Shown here: positions 1 to 8,390 of the stretch, piece by piece
Layout: each line of letters begins with the position of its first letter
Numbering within the stretch: position 1 is the stretch's first letter
Origin: a phage
Sequence record: PZ000615.1
Length of the DNA stretch: 51,960 nucleotides
Reading direction: 5' to 3' (one strand)
Translations under genes and position numbers: made by a program
The notes under the pieces: model-generated
Told to the model about the DNA's origin: nothing
The model's input: the letters and a program-made list of their open reading frames with translations, nothing else
The model's database searches: none

Positions 1-355
1 CGTTCGAGTCAAATCTCAGGTCAAATCGGCAATAGCTTGCGCGAAATCCTTTGCACTTATTCCGGACGTAATCGCGATGAATAGCCATGGCACCGGACAC
101 GGAAATCATACCACGCTTGCGCCATTCGTAAAGTGTGGCGTGAGAGATCTTAATGGCCTTGACAAGGGCGGCGGGTGAGCCGTAGTATTCAATCACCTTT
201 TCGAGGCGATGCGCTAATCCGGCCTTTACCTCATCCTTCAGGACGTAATAGCCAGTTGGTTTCTTGCGCTCTTTCTTATCAGCTCCGCGTGAAGTCCCGT
301 TATTACCGTTGAGAGAACGTTTGTCTACCGCGCCGGATTTTGTCAGTTTCGTCAT
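1..355 (-). CDS. Partial CDS (start codon in window, 3' end beyond window edge): putative helix-turn-helix transcriptional regulator
   Basis: Minus-strand open frame from ATG at 355-353 with GAGGA Shine-Dalgarno upstream, no stop before position 1 (hence absent from ORF track); translation contains HTH-like segment ISHATLYEWRKRGMISVSGAMAI; divergent from helicase operon. Confidence 0.4.
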   Translation of the reverse strand, partial: MTKLTKSGAVDKRSLNGNNGTSRGADKKERKKPTGYYVLKDEVKAGLAHRLEKVIEYYGSPAALVKAIKISHATLYEWRKRGMISVSGAMAIHRDYVRNKCKGFRASYCRFDLRFDSN

Positions 356-367
356 GATATTTTCCTC

Positions 368-412
368 AATAGCACTTTTTGTTAAACCAGTTGTCTTGTT
401 GAGTGTTATTAT
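368..412 (+). promoter_or_regulatory. Promoter-like cassette (palindromic element + -10-like hexamer)
   Basis: AATAGCACTTTTTGTTAAA 368-386; TATTAT 407-412, 22 nt after TTGTTA; upstream of helicase. Confidence 0.4.
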
Positions 413-450
413 ATCGGAATATTACTGTAAACGTAAGAGATAAATGCGCT

Positions 451-2484
451 ATGACTATGAGTATTCAAAAGCAAATTGCCGCTCTTGATCCTGAGTACAT
501 GAAGAGGGTTAAGAGTCGATTCACGTTTGGCGATCTGGTTCCTTATGACTACCAGGTTGTCATGTACGGCGAGACGGCAAAGAGGATCGCCAATTACGAA
601 CATCCTTTCTACATCAAGGCGTCAGTGTCAGCAGGTAAGACCGTAGGTTTTGCCATGGTTGCTGCTCAATGCCAGGTCATGAATCTGCCTATGCTCATTC
701 TTGCTCGTCAGGCTGAGATTGTTCAGCAGGACAGCGAGGAACTTTCAAACTTTGGCGTGAAGAACTCCGTTTACTGCGCAGGGCTTAACACCAAGTCTGC
801 ATACTTCCCGATAGTAGTCGGATCTGAGGGTTCTGTTGCTAATGGCTTGGACAAGGCTCTTGCTGACTTTTATCCTATGGTTGTCGGCATTGATGAATGC
901 CATCAGGTAGACTGGGAGGACTTAGCTGAGGCCATTGAGAACAATGAATCAAGGGATCAGATGTCACGAGCGAAAGACAAGCCTTATCGCGTCAACGAGC
1001 ATCACGTGGCGGAGGATTACAAATTTCATGACTTCGATGTCGTCGAATATGGTACAGGGCGAGCACAGTACACAATCATCATCATGGAATTAATGCGTCG
1101 TTGCCGTGAGCGGTACGGTCGAGAGCTGAGAGTTTTCGGAATGACTGGATCAGAGTTTCGCGGCGTGGTTCCTATCCTGGTTGAAGATAAAAAGCATCGT
1201 GGTTTCTGGCGTGAGCAGGTCACTGACATCAACACATCTTACCTTGTTGATTTCGGCTCTGTTGTTCCGACAATATTTGGTGGCACTGACGGACTCAAGT
1301 ATGACCTTGATGAGTTCAAGGCATCCAGTCAGGATGGAACTGCTGATTTCGGCGCGAAAGAAATGAAAGCCATGGAGAAGAAAATTCATGAGTCAGCCAG
1401 CTTAACCAAACAGATCATGACCAAGGTTGCAGAAATGGCACAGACCAGGAACGCCGTACTGATAACGTGCGCGGGTCAGCGTCATTGTAAGGAGGCGGCT
1501 GAAGCGTTGCCACCTGGTAGCACTTACGCAATCATCACCGAAAAGACTAACGCCAAGAAGCGACAGCAGATCTTGGATGACGTAAGGGCGGGTAAAATAA
1601 AATACACCTTCCAGGTTATGGCTTTGACAACTGGCGTCAACGTTCCAAACTGGGACTTTAGCGTCATACTCCGCAAGATAGGGAGCTTGACACTCCTGAT
1701 CCAGTTGCTTGGGCGCGGGATGCGATTACTCAAAAAGCAACAGATTGAAATGGGTATGGTCAAAGAGGATCATCTCGTCTGGGACTTTGCCGGAACAATG
1801 GATGAACTCGGACAGCTTTACTTTGATCCGATTCTGGAGCAGTACCAATATCAGAGAAAAGGAGACCGCATCAAAGACCAGGAAAAATGCCCTATCTGTG
1901 GGACAATGAACAGTGGATTTGCTCGTCGCTGTATGCACCGAGACGAACACGGAAACCGTTGTGAGTATTTCTGGAAGTCTCAGATCTGCTCTGACATTGT
2001 CGACAAGCGAACCAACGAGATCATAAAGAAAGGTTGCGGAACCGAAAATGATGTGGTAGCAAGGGTATGCCGTTGCTGTGACGCTTCTCTAATCGATCCC
2101 AACGAGAAGCTATCCGGCAAGATGTACACGAAAAATGATTGGTGTGACGTTCTTGACTTCAAGGTCGGCATGACCAAGAGCCAAACCGGAATACTTTATC
2201 ATTACCGACTCAGGGACGCCGTAGGGGTTGAGTTTGACGCCGTGGAGAAGTTCTTCCCTGAGAGCGATAACAAGATCTGTAAAACGCTCTGGCGGTCAAA
2301 GGGGGTTACTCCTCACGTAGTCGGAAAGGACAACCGCAATTTACTCGGTCTGACAAAAAACGCTGTCAAGATTTTTAGCATGAAACACCTCATACTCTCA
2401 CCAATCCGAGTTACTCACCGGAAAAATGGGAAGGGTGAGGACATTATTAGCCGCAAAGACTTTGGAGGGGAAATTGATAACTGA
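451..2484 (+). CDS. SF2 (DEAD/DEAH-type) ATP-dependent helicase with C-terminal Cys-rich zinc-ribbon region
   Basis: Track ORF 403..2484; first ATG at 451; Walker A SAGKT, Walker B/DEAH-like GIDECHQ, C-terminal CPICG...RRC...RCCD cysteine clusters. Confidence 0.75.
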   Translation: MTMSIQKQIAALDPEYMKRVKSRFTFGDLVPYDYQVVMYGETAKRIANYEHPFYIKASVSAGKTVGFAMVAAQCQVMNLPMLILARQAEIVQQDSEELSNFGVKNSVYCAGLNTKSAYFPIVVGSEGSVANGLDKALADFYPMVVGIDECHQVDWEDLAEAIENNESRDQMSRAKDKPYRVNEHHVAEDYKFHDFDVVEYGTGRAQYTIIIMELMRRCRERYGRELRVFGMTGSEFRGVVPILVEDKKHRGFWREQVTDINTSYLVDFGSVVPTIFGGTDGLKYDLDEFKASSQDGTADFGAKEMKAMEKKIHESASLTKQIMTKVAEMAQTRNAVLITCAGQRHCKEAAEALPPGSTYAIITEKTNAKKRQQILDDVRAGKIKYTFQVMALTTGVNVPNWDFSVILRKIGSLTLLIQLLGRGMRLLKKQQIEMGMVKEDHLVWDFAGTMDELGQLYFDPILEQYQYQRKGDRIKDQEKCPICGTMNSGFARRCMHRDEHGNRCEYFWKSQICSDIVDKRTNEIIKKGCGTENDVVARVCRCCDASLIDPNEKLSGKMYTKNDWCDVLDFKVGMTKSQTGILYHYRLRDAVGVEFDAVEKFFPESDNKICKTLWRSKGVTPHVVGKDNRNLLGLTKNAVKIFSMKHLILSPIRVTHRKNGKGEDIISRKDFGGEIDN

Positions 2485-2902
2485 TAAAGGCGATTACCTT
2501 GAATATTACGAGCGCGATCCAAGCGACACCAGAAAGGAGGAGGCGCACCAAAACGATAGCGCCTCTTGGGTTAAGTATCACTATCCGGAAATAATTTTCT
2601 GGCACACGGTCAACGAGGGTAAGAAAACAATCACCCAGGCAGACCGAGATCAGAGAGCTGGATTATTGAAGGGGGTGAGCGATAACGTATTCCTGAATGG
2701 AGTTTGTTACAAATTCCCGTTTGGAGCCATTGAGCTTAAGCGCGTCAATAAGAGCGGAAAGGGGGCAGCGTCACCAGTCAGCGATGAACAGAAAGCATAT
2801 CTCAAGCGCGTTCGTTCTGCTGGAGGTTTCGCCGCCGTCGCTTACGGGTTCGAACAGTTCAAGCTGGCTTTCCTTGATATGATAGGGAAACAGCACGAAT
2901 AG
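2426..2902 (+). CDS. VRR-NUC-like (PD-(D/E)xK) nuclease
   Basis: Track ORF; motif region FWHTVNEG...GVSDNVFL...GAIELKRVNKSGKG...EQKAYL resembles VRR-NUC; start uncertain (59-nt overlap with helicase). Confidence 0.5.
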   Translation: MGRVRTLLAAKTLEGKLITDKGDYLEYYERDPSDTRKEEAHQNDSASWVKYHYPEIIFWHTVNEGKKTITQADRDQRAGLLKGVSDNVFLNGVCYKFPFGAIELKRVNKSGKGAASPVSDEQKAYLKRVRSAGGFAAVAYGFEQFKLAFLDMIGKQHE

Positions 2903-2933
2903 CTAAAACAGCCGGAAGGGAATCCGGTATTAT
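2889..2933 (+). promoter_or_regulatory. Promoter-like cassette (variant element)
   Basis: CAGCACGAATAGCTAAA variant; hairpin CCGGAAGGGAATCCGG in spacer; TATTAT 2928-2933; upstream of dam. Confidence 0.35.
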
Positions 2934-2960
2934 CATCTCAACTTAAACAGGAGATTGATT

Positions 2961-3695
2961 ATGAAAGACGTTGCAGACAAAGATACTCACGACGCTTTTG
3001 TCTCATTTGAGCAGATTGAGCGCGAAAACTTCATTACCAACGCGCTTGTTCCTGGGTGCGGTCATTATTCAGCAGTCAAGCCGGATACTTACTACCAGGT
3101 AACTGGCAACCGCTACGCCGGAAGCAAGACACCTGACATCGTTCGTGACCTTTGGGCTACAGATCCAGAAGTGATTGAGTTCATGGAGAAGCGTTTCGGC
3201 AAGTATGATCTTGACGCGGCGGCAAGCGAACAAAACGCGGTCTGTGAAAAGTTCTACGACGAAAAGACCGACTGCCTGAAACGCTGGTGGGGCAAGAACA
3301 AACACGTTTGGCTTAACCCTCCGTACTCACATCCGGACGTCTTTGTCAAAAAGGCAATTGAGCAGATGGAGCATGGAAACCAGATTGACATGCTGCTGCC
3401 TGGTGACAACTCAACCGCATGGTTTGCCGAAGCGCGTCGGAATGCTGCTGAGATTATCTGGATCGAGGGAGATATTGAAACCGACATCGACGGAACTGAG
3501 TACGCCCGAACCGGACGACTTTCTTTCATCTCGGCTCTCACCGGAAAGCCAGTTGACGGAAACAACAAAGGCTCTGTGATCTTTATCATGCGAGAGCTGA
3601 AAGAAGGTGAGAAACAGAAAACTCACTACATCCCAATTACTGAAATTTGCCCAGGCGTGAGCCGCAAGCGTGCTAAAAAACGGAGCGTAAAATAA
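2961..3695 (+). CDS. dam: DNA N6-adenine methyltransferase (phage Dam type)
   Basis: Track ORF 2955..3695 starts at TTG; ATG at 2961 preceded by CAGGAG; catalytic motif WLNPPYSH (NPPY). Confidence 0.8.
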   Translation: MKDVADKDTHDAFVSFEQIERENFITNALVPGCGHYSAVKPDTYYQVTGNRYAGSKTPDIVRDLWATDPEVIEFMEKRFGKYDLDAAASEQNAVCEKFYDEKTDCLKRWWGKNKHVWLNPPYSHPDVFVKKAIEQMEHGNQIDMLLPGDNSTAWFAEARRNAAEIIWIEGDIETDIDGTEYARTGRLSFISALTGKPVDGNNKGSVIFIMRELKEGEKQKTHYIPITEICPGVSRKRAKKRSVK

Positions 3696-3928
3696 TGAGT
3701 AACTTCAACATTAAATACCTTACAAAGTCTGAAAAGTGGGCTTTATATCGCGCTCTGGTTGTTCTGGTTCTTATTGAGTCTGGATATAACAAAGACCATT
3801 TCGAGCTTGCTGATTCTCTTGATATGTCATTTGAGGAGATCGAAAGCATCCCTTATGACCAGTGGAAAGCCTTGATCATGAAAGACCTGCACGAGATGAT
3901 CGCAGATTGTCCGGAGGACTTTGGCTAA
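3695..3928 (+). CDS. Hypothetical protein
   Basis: Track ORF; TAATG start/stop overlap with dam. Confidence 0.5.
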   Translation: MSNFNIKYLTKSEKWALYRALVVLVLIESGYNKDHFELADSLDMSFEEIESIPYDQWKALIMKDLHEMIADCPEDFG

Positions 3929-4170
3929 TGGATATTCGCGAGGGTAGAGCGGCAGTATGGGAGCACGCAAAGGAATGCGGGATTGATGAAGATATAGCAC
4001 GAATTGCTAAACATTTCGACATCAAAGAGATTAATATCTTCACTCCTGGCGACGGCGGCAAGCTTACATATTTAAACGAACGCCCTCGCAAATTTCACAA
4101 GATAGCGGTTGCAGCGAAATCAGAAAAAACGCTTGACCAATACCTTAAAGAGGCAAGAGGCAAGAAATGA
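3928..4170 (+). CDS. Hypothetical protein (contains an internal copy of the promoter element)
   Basis: ATG at 3928 overlapping upstream stop (TAATG); track ORF 3862..4170 has an upstream non-ATG extension. Confidence 0.4.
   Translation: MDIREGRAAVWEHAKECGIDEDIARIAKHFDIKEINIFTPGDGGKLTYLNERPRKFHKIAVAAKSEKTLDQYLKEARGKK
3993..4037 (+). promoter_or_regulatory. Promoter-like cassette located inside a coding region
   Basis: TATAGCACGAATTGCTAAA then TAATAT at 4032-4037 with the same 22-nt spacing; inside ORF 3928..4170. Confidence 0.3.
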
Positions 4171-4421
4171 ATTTACCAGGCTTGAACTTTGACGAAACAG
4201 TTTACTCCCTTACGTGGAGAGGCAATATCAAGTTCCGTGAGATTCCATTCTCTGACTGGTTGCCTCCCGATCACAAGGATGTCATTTGTTACGGAAACGG
4301 TCAGGTATTTGAGGCTTATTTTTCTCCTCTATCTGGTTTCATGGTTCCGTCAGAAAACTCCACGGCTCATTGTGCTTTTGAGCCATGCGAGCTTGATTAC
4401 TGGTTGAAAGAGGTGGAGTAA
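4167..4421 (+). CDS. Hypothetical protein
   Basis: Track ORF; ATGA overlap with upstream gene. Confidence 0.5.
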   Translation: MNLPGLNFDETVYSLTWRGNIKFREIPFSDWLPPDHKDVICYGNGQVFEAYFSPLSGFMVPSENSTAHCAFEPCELDYWLKEVE

Positions 4422-4501
4422 TGCGATACGCTTTGATCCCGTTGGCGACACTAATTGCAGTTGTCGCACTCTTTCAAACCATCATGATTTACAACTAAGG
4501 A
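4421..4501 (+). CDS. Small hydrophobic peptide (26 aa), possible membrane protein
   Basis: ATG at 4421 overlapping upstream stop; translation MRYALIPLATLIAVVALFQTIMIYN; below track length cutoff. Confidence 0.3.
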
Positions 4502-4507
4502 ATCACC

Positions 4508-5644
4508 ATGCAACAGAAGATTACAGACGAACAATTGATCGCTGAGCGCGAATCCGGCAAAACTCAGCGTCAGATCGCTCAAGAGTACGGAATGAACATC
4601 CGAACCATCGAGCAACGTTGCGCACGCCTTGCAAAGAAAGGCCATGGTCACGGAAACAAGCACGTGTCTGTTCACGTTCCAGAAGGTTTCGCCGTAAAGG
4701 GAACCTCCACCATGATTCGCGGCAACGGCGAGGAGGTTGTTCGTTGGGTTAAGACCGACCAGGACAAAGAAAAAATGGCGGCAATGATGGACGCTGCTAT
4801 CGAGGCTTTCTGTGAGGAAATCCCACGAGCAACTCCACAAGAAAACAAGCTTGATGGAAAGTTTGTTGAGGGTCAGCTAGCTCTATATCCGGTATTTGAT
4901 CTGCACATTGGCGCTATGGCTCATAAGCACGAATGCGGTGAAAACTACTCAACCGACATCTCTGAGAAAGTCCTTAAGGACTTCTTTGAATACGCTGTTG
5001 AGATTTCACCTCATGCAGAAAAGGCCGTTCTTTTAATCGGCGGTGACTTCTTGCACTCTGACGGATTGGACGCGGTGACACCTGCTAGCGGTCACGTTCT
5101 GGATCAGGACTCGCGCTACGCTAAGCTTGTTCACGTAGCTATCCGATCTGTTCGTCGTGCTGTTTCGAAAATGCTGGATAAGCACAATGAAGTTGAGATC
5201 CAGATTATCGAAGGGAACCACGACCAGGCCGGAATGATCTGGCTGCGCGCTTCAATGGCGGCATTCTATGAAGATGAGCCGCGAGTGAATGTCGACGTTA
5301 GCCCTATGATCCTACACCGGACAAAGTGGGGTAAAACGCTATTGGGTTATACTCACGGTCACACCATGAAGAAAGCCGAAACCCGACTCTCAGCCATGGC
5401 GACAGATTTCCGTGAAGAGTTCGGAACAAGCAAGTACATTTACACGCACTCCGGACACTGGCACCATCAGACAATCACTGAGCACAGCTTAGGCATTGAC
5501 GAGGTTCACGGTCAGCTCGGAGCTAAGGACGCATACGCAGCTCGCGGCGGCTGGCGCTCATATCGTCAGGCGGCTGTCATTGTCTACTCCAAAGAGTTTG
5601 GCGAAATCGGGCGCTTTGTGTATCGCCCAGAAATGAGCAAGTAA
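4508..5644 (+). CDS. Calcineurin-like metallophosphoesterase with N-terminal HTH domain
   Basis: AAGGA SD before ATG 4508; motifs DLHIG (DxH), GGDFLHSDG (GDxxD), EGNHDQ (GNHD/E), HSGHWHH (GHxH); N-terminal QRQIAQEYGMNIRTIEQR HTH-like. Confidence 0.65.
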   Translation: MQQKITDEQLIAERESGKTQRQIAQEYGMNIRTIEQRCARLAKKGHGHGNKHVSVHVPEGFAVKGTSTMIRGNGEEVVRWVKTDQDKEKMAAMMDAAIEAFCEEIPRATPQENKLDGKFVEGQLALYPVFDLHIGAMAHKHECGENYSTDISEKVLKDFFEYAVEISPHAEKAVLLIGGDFLHSDGLDAVTPASGHVLDQDSRYAKLVHVAIRSVRRAVSKMLDKHNEVEIQIIEGNHDQAGMIWLRASMAAFYEDEPRVNVDVSPMILHRTKWGKTLLGYTHGHTMKKAETRLSAMATDFREEFGTSKYIYTHSGHWHHQTITEHSLGIDEVHGQLGAKDAYAARGGWRSYRQAAVIVYSKEFGEIGRFVYRPEMSK

Positions 5645-5691
5645 AACCAACAAGGGGCGGCTTTCGCCCCTAACCATAAGGAATCACACCG

Positions 5692-6207
5692 ATGATTTTT
5701 GAGCCTCACTATGAAGCGCCTCGCGTCGTTATTTTTGACTATGACGGAACGCTATCCGATGGAACTCACCGTTTGCACCTGCTGCCAACGAAAGACCAAC
5801 ACTTAACTGAAACATGGATTCCGTTTAATGCGGCCTGTGTTTATGATTCTCCAATCCGTGACACAATTGACGTGATGAATGCAATGTATGACGCAGGATT
5901 TTACGTCATCATTCTGACTGGTCGAAGTGATCACGTTTACGATGAGTCAGTAAAATGGCTGAAAGATAACGGCGCTCGTTACCATCATATGGAGATGCGA
6001 AAGCAGACCGACAATCGCAGAGACACAATCATCAAAGAGGAATACTTGCGCGGCATCGGCCTTGAAAACATCGTTGCAGCCTGGGACGACAGCCCGAACG
6101 TTATTGAGCATTTCCGCAACCTTGGGATTACCGTTTACCAGGTTTTCGATTACGGCGACAAGCTTCACAGTCGCACAGACTTAAAATCTCACGGAGTAGA
6201 AAAATAA
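5692..6207 (+). CDS. HAD-superfamily phosphatase (nucleotidase / polynucleotide 3'-phosphatase-like)
   Basis: N-terminal VVIFDYDGTLSDG (DxDGT motif); AAGGA SD. Confidence 0.6.
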   Translation: MIFEPHYEAPRVVIFDYDGTLSDGTHRLHLLPTKDQHLTETWIPFNAACVYDSPIRDTIDVMNAMYDAGFYVIILTGRSDHVYDESVKWLKDNGARYHHMEMRKQTDNRRDTIIKEEYLRGIGLENIVAAWDDSPNVIEHFRNLGITVYQVFDYGDKLHSRTDLKSHGVEK

Positions 6208-6788
6208 TGATTATCATTTTGAACGCACCAGCCGGAGCCGGAAAAGACACCATTCAGCAAGCAATTGCGGAGCTGCATGAGGTGTCACAGCTCAGCTTTA
6301 AAAAGCCTATGTTCGCTATGGCTAATGCCATGCTTGGCGATCTGGGGTTCATGGAATTCATGGACGCCTACAACAACCGCGAGCGAAAAGAAAAGCCACT
6401 TGAATTGCTTCACGGCTCAAGCCCTCGGCAGTTCATGATCTGGCTGAGTGAGAGCGTTATTAAACCTCACTTTGGCGACAAGCATTTTGGTAATCTGCTT
6501 TATGACGATTACATTATGCACGAGAATGACGGCTACTATGTCGGAGTTGTCAGCGACGGCGGGTTTGAGAGTGAGACGATTGCTCTGATCGATACTGGAG
6601 TTCCGGTTCGTCTTGTTCGACTTCATCGTGACGGCTACTCGTTTGCCGGAGACTCACGCGATTATGTCAGTCTGCCGCTCTACGCTAATAGCCCTACGTA
6701 TGACTACCAAGAGTTTGACGTTCAGTTAACTGAAGGTTTGCCAGTTGTGGCGGCGCTGGATATTCTCTCAATGGTCGGGTTGAAATAG
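6207..6788 (+). CDS. P-loop kinase, deoxynucleoside monophosphate kinase-like
   Basis: N-terminal IIILNAPAGAGKDT (GxxxxGKD/T P-loop as in phage dNMP kinases); TAATG coupling to upstream gene. Confidence 0.55.
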   Translation: MIIILNAPAGAGKDTIQQAIAELHEVSQLSFKKPMFAMANAMLGDLGFMEFMDAYNNRERKEKPLELLHGSSPRQFMIWLSESVIKPHFGDKHFGNLLYDDYIMHENDGYYVGVVSDGGFESETIALIDTGVPVRLVRLHRDGYSFAGDSRDYVSLPLYANSPTYDYQEFDVQLTEGLPVVAALDILSMVGLK

Positions 6789-6828
6789 CACGAATTGCTA
6801 AAACTTGCGCAACGGAATGCGCTATTAT
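6784..6828 (+). promoter_or_regulatory. Promoter-like cassette
   Basis: AATAGCACGAATTGCTAAA 6784-6802 (contains stop TAG of upstream gene); hairpin GCGCA-ACGGAA-TGCGC; TATTAT 6823-6828. Confidence 0.4.
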
Positions 6829-6867
6829 CTTTTCAACGAAACGAAACACCCAAACAGGAGAAACACC

Positions 6868-6972
6868 ATGAAAAACGCAATCAACTACATCTTATCTACT
6901 GCTGGCGGCGTCCTGGTTGTTGGCTTTATGATTTGGGTTGTAACCTTAGCATCTAACTTTAACGGGTTCTAA
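6868..6972 (+). CDS. Small membrane peptide (34 aa)
   Basis: GGAGAAACACC-ATG; translation MKNAINYILSTAGGVLVVGFMIWVVTLASNFNGF with one hydrophobic helix; below track cutoff. Confidence 0.35.
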   Translation: MKNAINYILSTAGGVLVVGFMIWVVTLASNFNGF

Positions 6973-6973
6973 A

Positions 6974-7174
6974 ATGTCAAAATCAATCGCTGTAAAATGC
7001 ATTCGCAACGATTCTAAAACACTGCCTTTCGCTGTTAATGGCGTATATAACGCGGAGGATATCGGCGGTCAGTATAAGATCAGCTATATGACAGGCGCTT
7101 ATACTTCTGACTTTATTCACGCGCCGTTAAATGGTCACTATCTGGAATTTATTCCGGTGGACATTCAGAAGTAA
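6974..7174 (+). CDS. Hypothetical protein
   Basis: Track ORF, followed by hairpin terminator. Confidence 0.45.
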   Translation: MSKSIAVKCIRNDSKTLPFAVNGVYNAEDIGGQYKISYMTGAYTSDFIHAPLNGHYLEFIPVDIQK

Positions 7175-7193
7175 AATCAACACTTTCCATTGC

Positions 7194-7217
7194 GGGAGCC
7201 TTTAGGCTCCCTTTTTG
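7194..7217 (+). terminator. Rho-independent terminator
   Basis: GGGAGCC-TTTA-GGCTCCC followed by TTTTT. Confidence 0.6.
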
Positions 7218-7286
7218 CGTTGTTTCATTCCTTCCTCCATTCGGTTATTATTGAACCAACTTTCCCAACTAACCAAGGCTAACGCT

Positions 7287-7502
7287 ATGAGAGACTTTAT
7301 TAACTCTATCGCTGGCACTGGCGGCGGCGTTACCCTTGGCGGCGCGGCGGCTGGTCAGCTTATCATTGCCGGAATAGGCTTAATCATCATGACAGCTTTC
7401 GGAGCCTGGGGTGCATATCTGCGCTGGAAGGACTCAAAAGCACTACACAAGGCACTAGCCAACGGCGACATCAAAGAGGCCGTCAGGATCAGGAGTCAGT
7501 GA
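7287..7502 (+). CDS. Putative holin/pinholin (71 aa)
   Basis: ATG at 7287 inside track ORF 7215..7502; Gly/Ala-rich hydrophobic segment [33 protein letters not shown] then charged C-tail; immediately upstream of endolysin. Confidence 0.5.
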   Translation: MRDFINSIAGTGGGVTLGGAAAGQLIIAGIGLIIMTAFGAWGAYLRWKDSKALHKALANGDIKEAVRIRSQ

Positions 7503-7503
7503 T

Positions 7504-7986
7504 ATGAGCAACGTTTTAAAATCCACTCTGACGGGCGTTATGCTCGTCACTGCTGGTCTACTATCTCAGCTTGAGGGTACGCATTACACGCCTTACATCG
7601 ACATCGCTGGCGTCCCAACCGTCTGTGAAGGGATTACTGGTAAGGATGTAATCTGGGGCAAGAAGTACACGCGGCGCGAGTGCGATAAGCTGTTAGAGAA
7701 GCATATCGCTGTTGCTGCTAAGGCAGTTGACGGAGCCGTTAAGGCTGAAATCCCCGACACCATGAGAGCGGCTCTGTATAGCTTCACATTCAACGCTGGT
7801 CAAGGGGCTTTCCGTTCGTCCACCCTGTTACGTTTAACGAACCAGGGGCGCTTATGGGAGGCTTGCGGCGAGCTGAATAAGTGGGTTTACTTCTACAACC
7901 CAAAAACCGGAAAGAAAGAGGTTGCGAAAGGCCTGAAAAACCGACGCGCCGTTGAATATCAATATTGCGTTAAGGATCTGAAATGA
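7504..7986 (+). CDS. SAR-type endolysin (lysozyme, GH24-like)
   Basis: N-terminal weakly hydrophobic signal-anchor-release segment [15 protein letters not shown] followed by lysozyme motif [16 protein letters not shown]; AGGAG SD. Confidence 0.7.
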   Translation: MSNVLKSTLTGVMLVTAGLLSQLEGTHYTPYIDIAGVPTVCEGITGKDVIWGKKYTRRECDKLLEKHIAVAAKAVDGAVKAEIPDTMRAALYSFTFNAGQGAFRSSTLLRLTNQGRLWEACGELNKWVYFYNPKTGKKEVAKGLKNRRAVEYQYCVKDLK

Positions 7987-8390
7987 AAAAGACAATCATC
8001 GCTTGTTGCGTATCTCTGGCTTTAATCGTATCTGGTTGCTCGGCTACGTCTGCTCTGACTGGTCTAATCGGCAGCAAGCCGGATGTCACAGCACAGGCCG
8101 GAGCCGAAAACACAAAACAGACTCTCGGACTGAACAGCAAGGTTGACCAATCCAGCAAGTCGGACAACACGATTAAGGATTCAGCCGTCGGCTCTGTTGA
8201 TAGCTCCAACGGCAAACGAGTTAACGCCTCAAGCATCACGGCGGATATGATCAAGGCAGACAAGATTGAGATCAGGAATAATGAGGCTTACGTGTGGGAA
8301 ATGGAGGCAGGGATGTTTGTCGTTGGCCTAATGGCGGGCGCTCTCGCAGTTACCATCTACGCGACACGCAGAAAGAACAAAGGAGCCTAA
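7983..8390 (+). CDS. Unimolecular spanin (lipoprotein signal + C-terminal TMD)
   Basis: N-terminal lipobox LIVSGC, C-terminal [24 protein letters not shown] overlap with endolysin; followed by terminator. Confidence 0.65.
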   Translation: MKKTIIACCVSLALIVSGCSATSALTGLIGSKPDVTAQAGAENTKQTLGLNSKVDQSSKSDNTIKDSAVGSVDSSNGKRVNASSITADMIKADKIEIRNNEAYVWEMEAGMFVVGLMAGALAVTIYATRRKNKGA

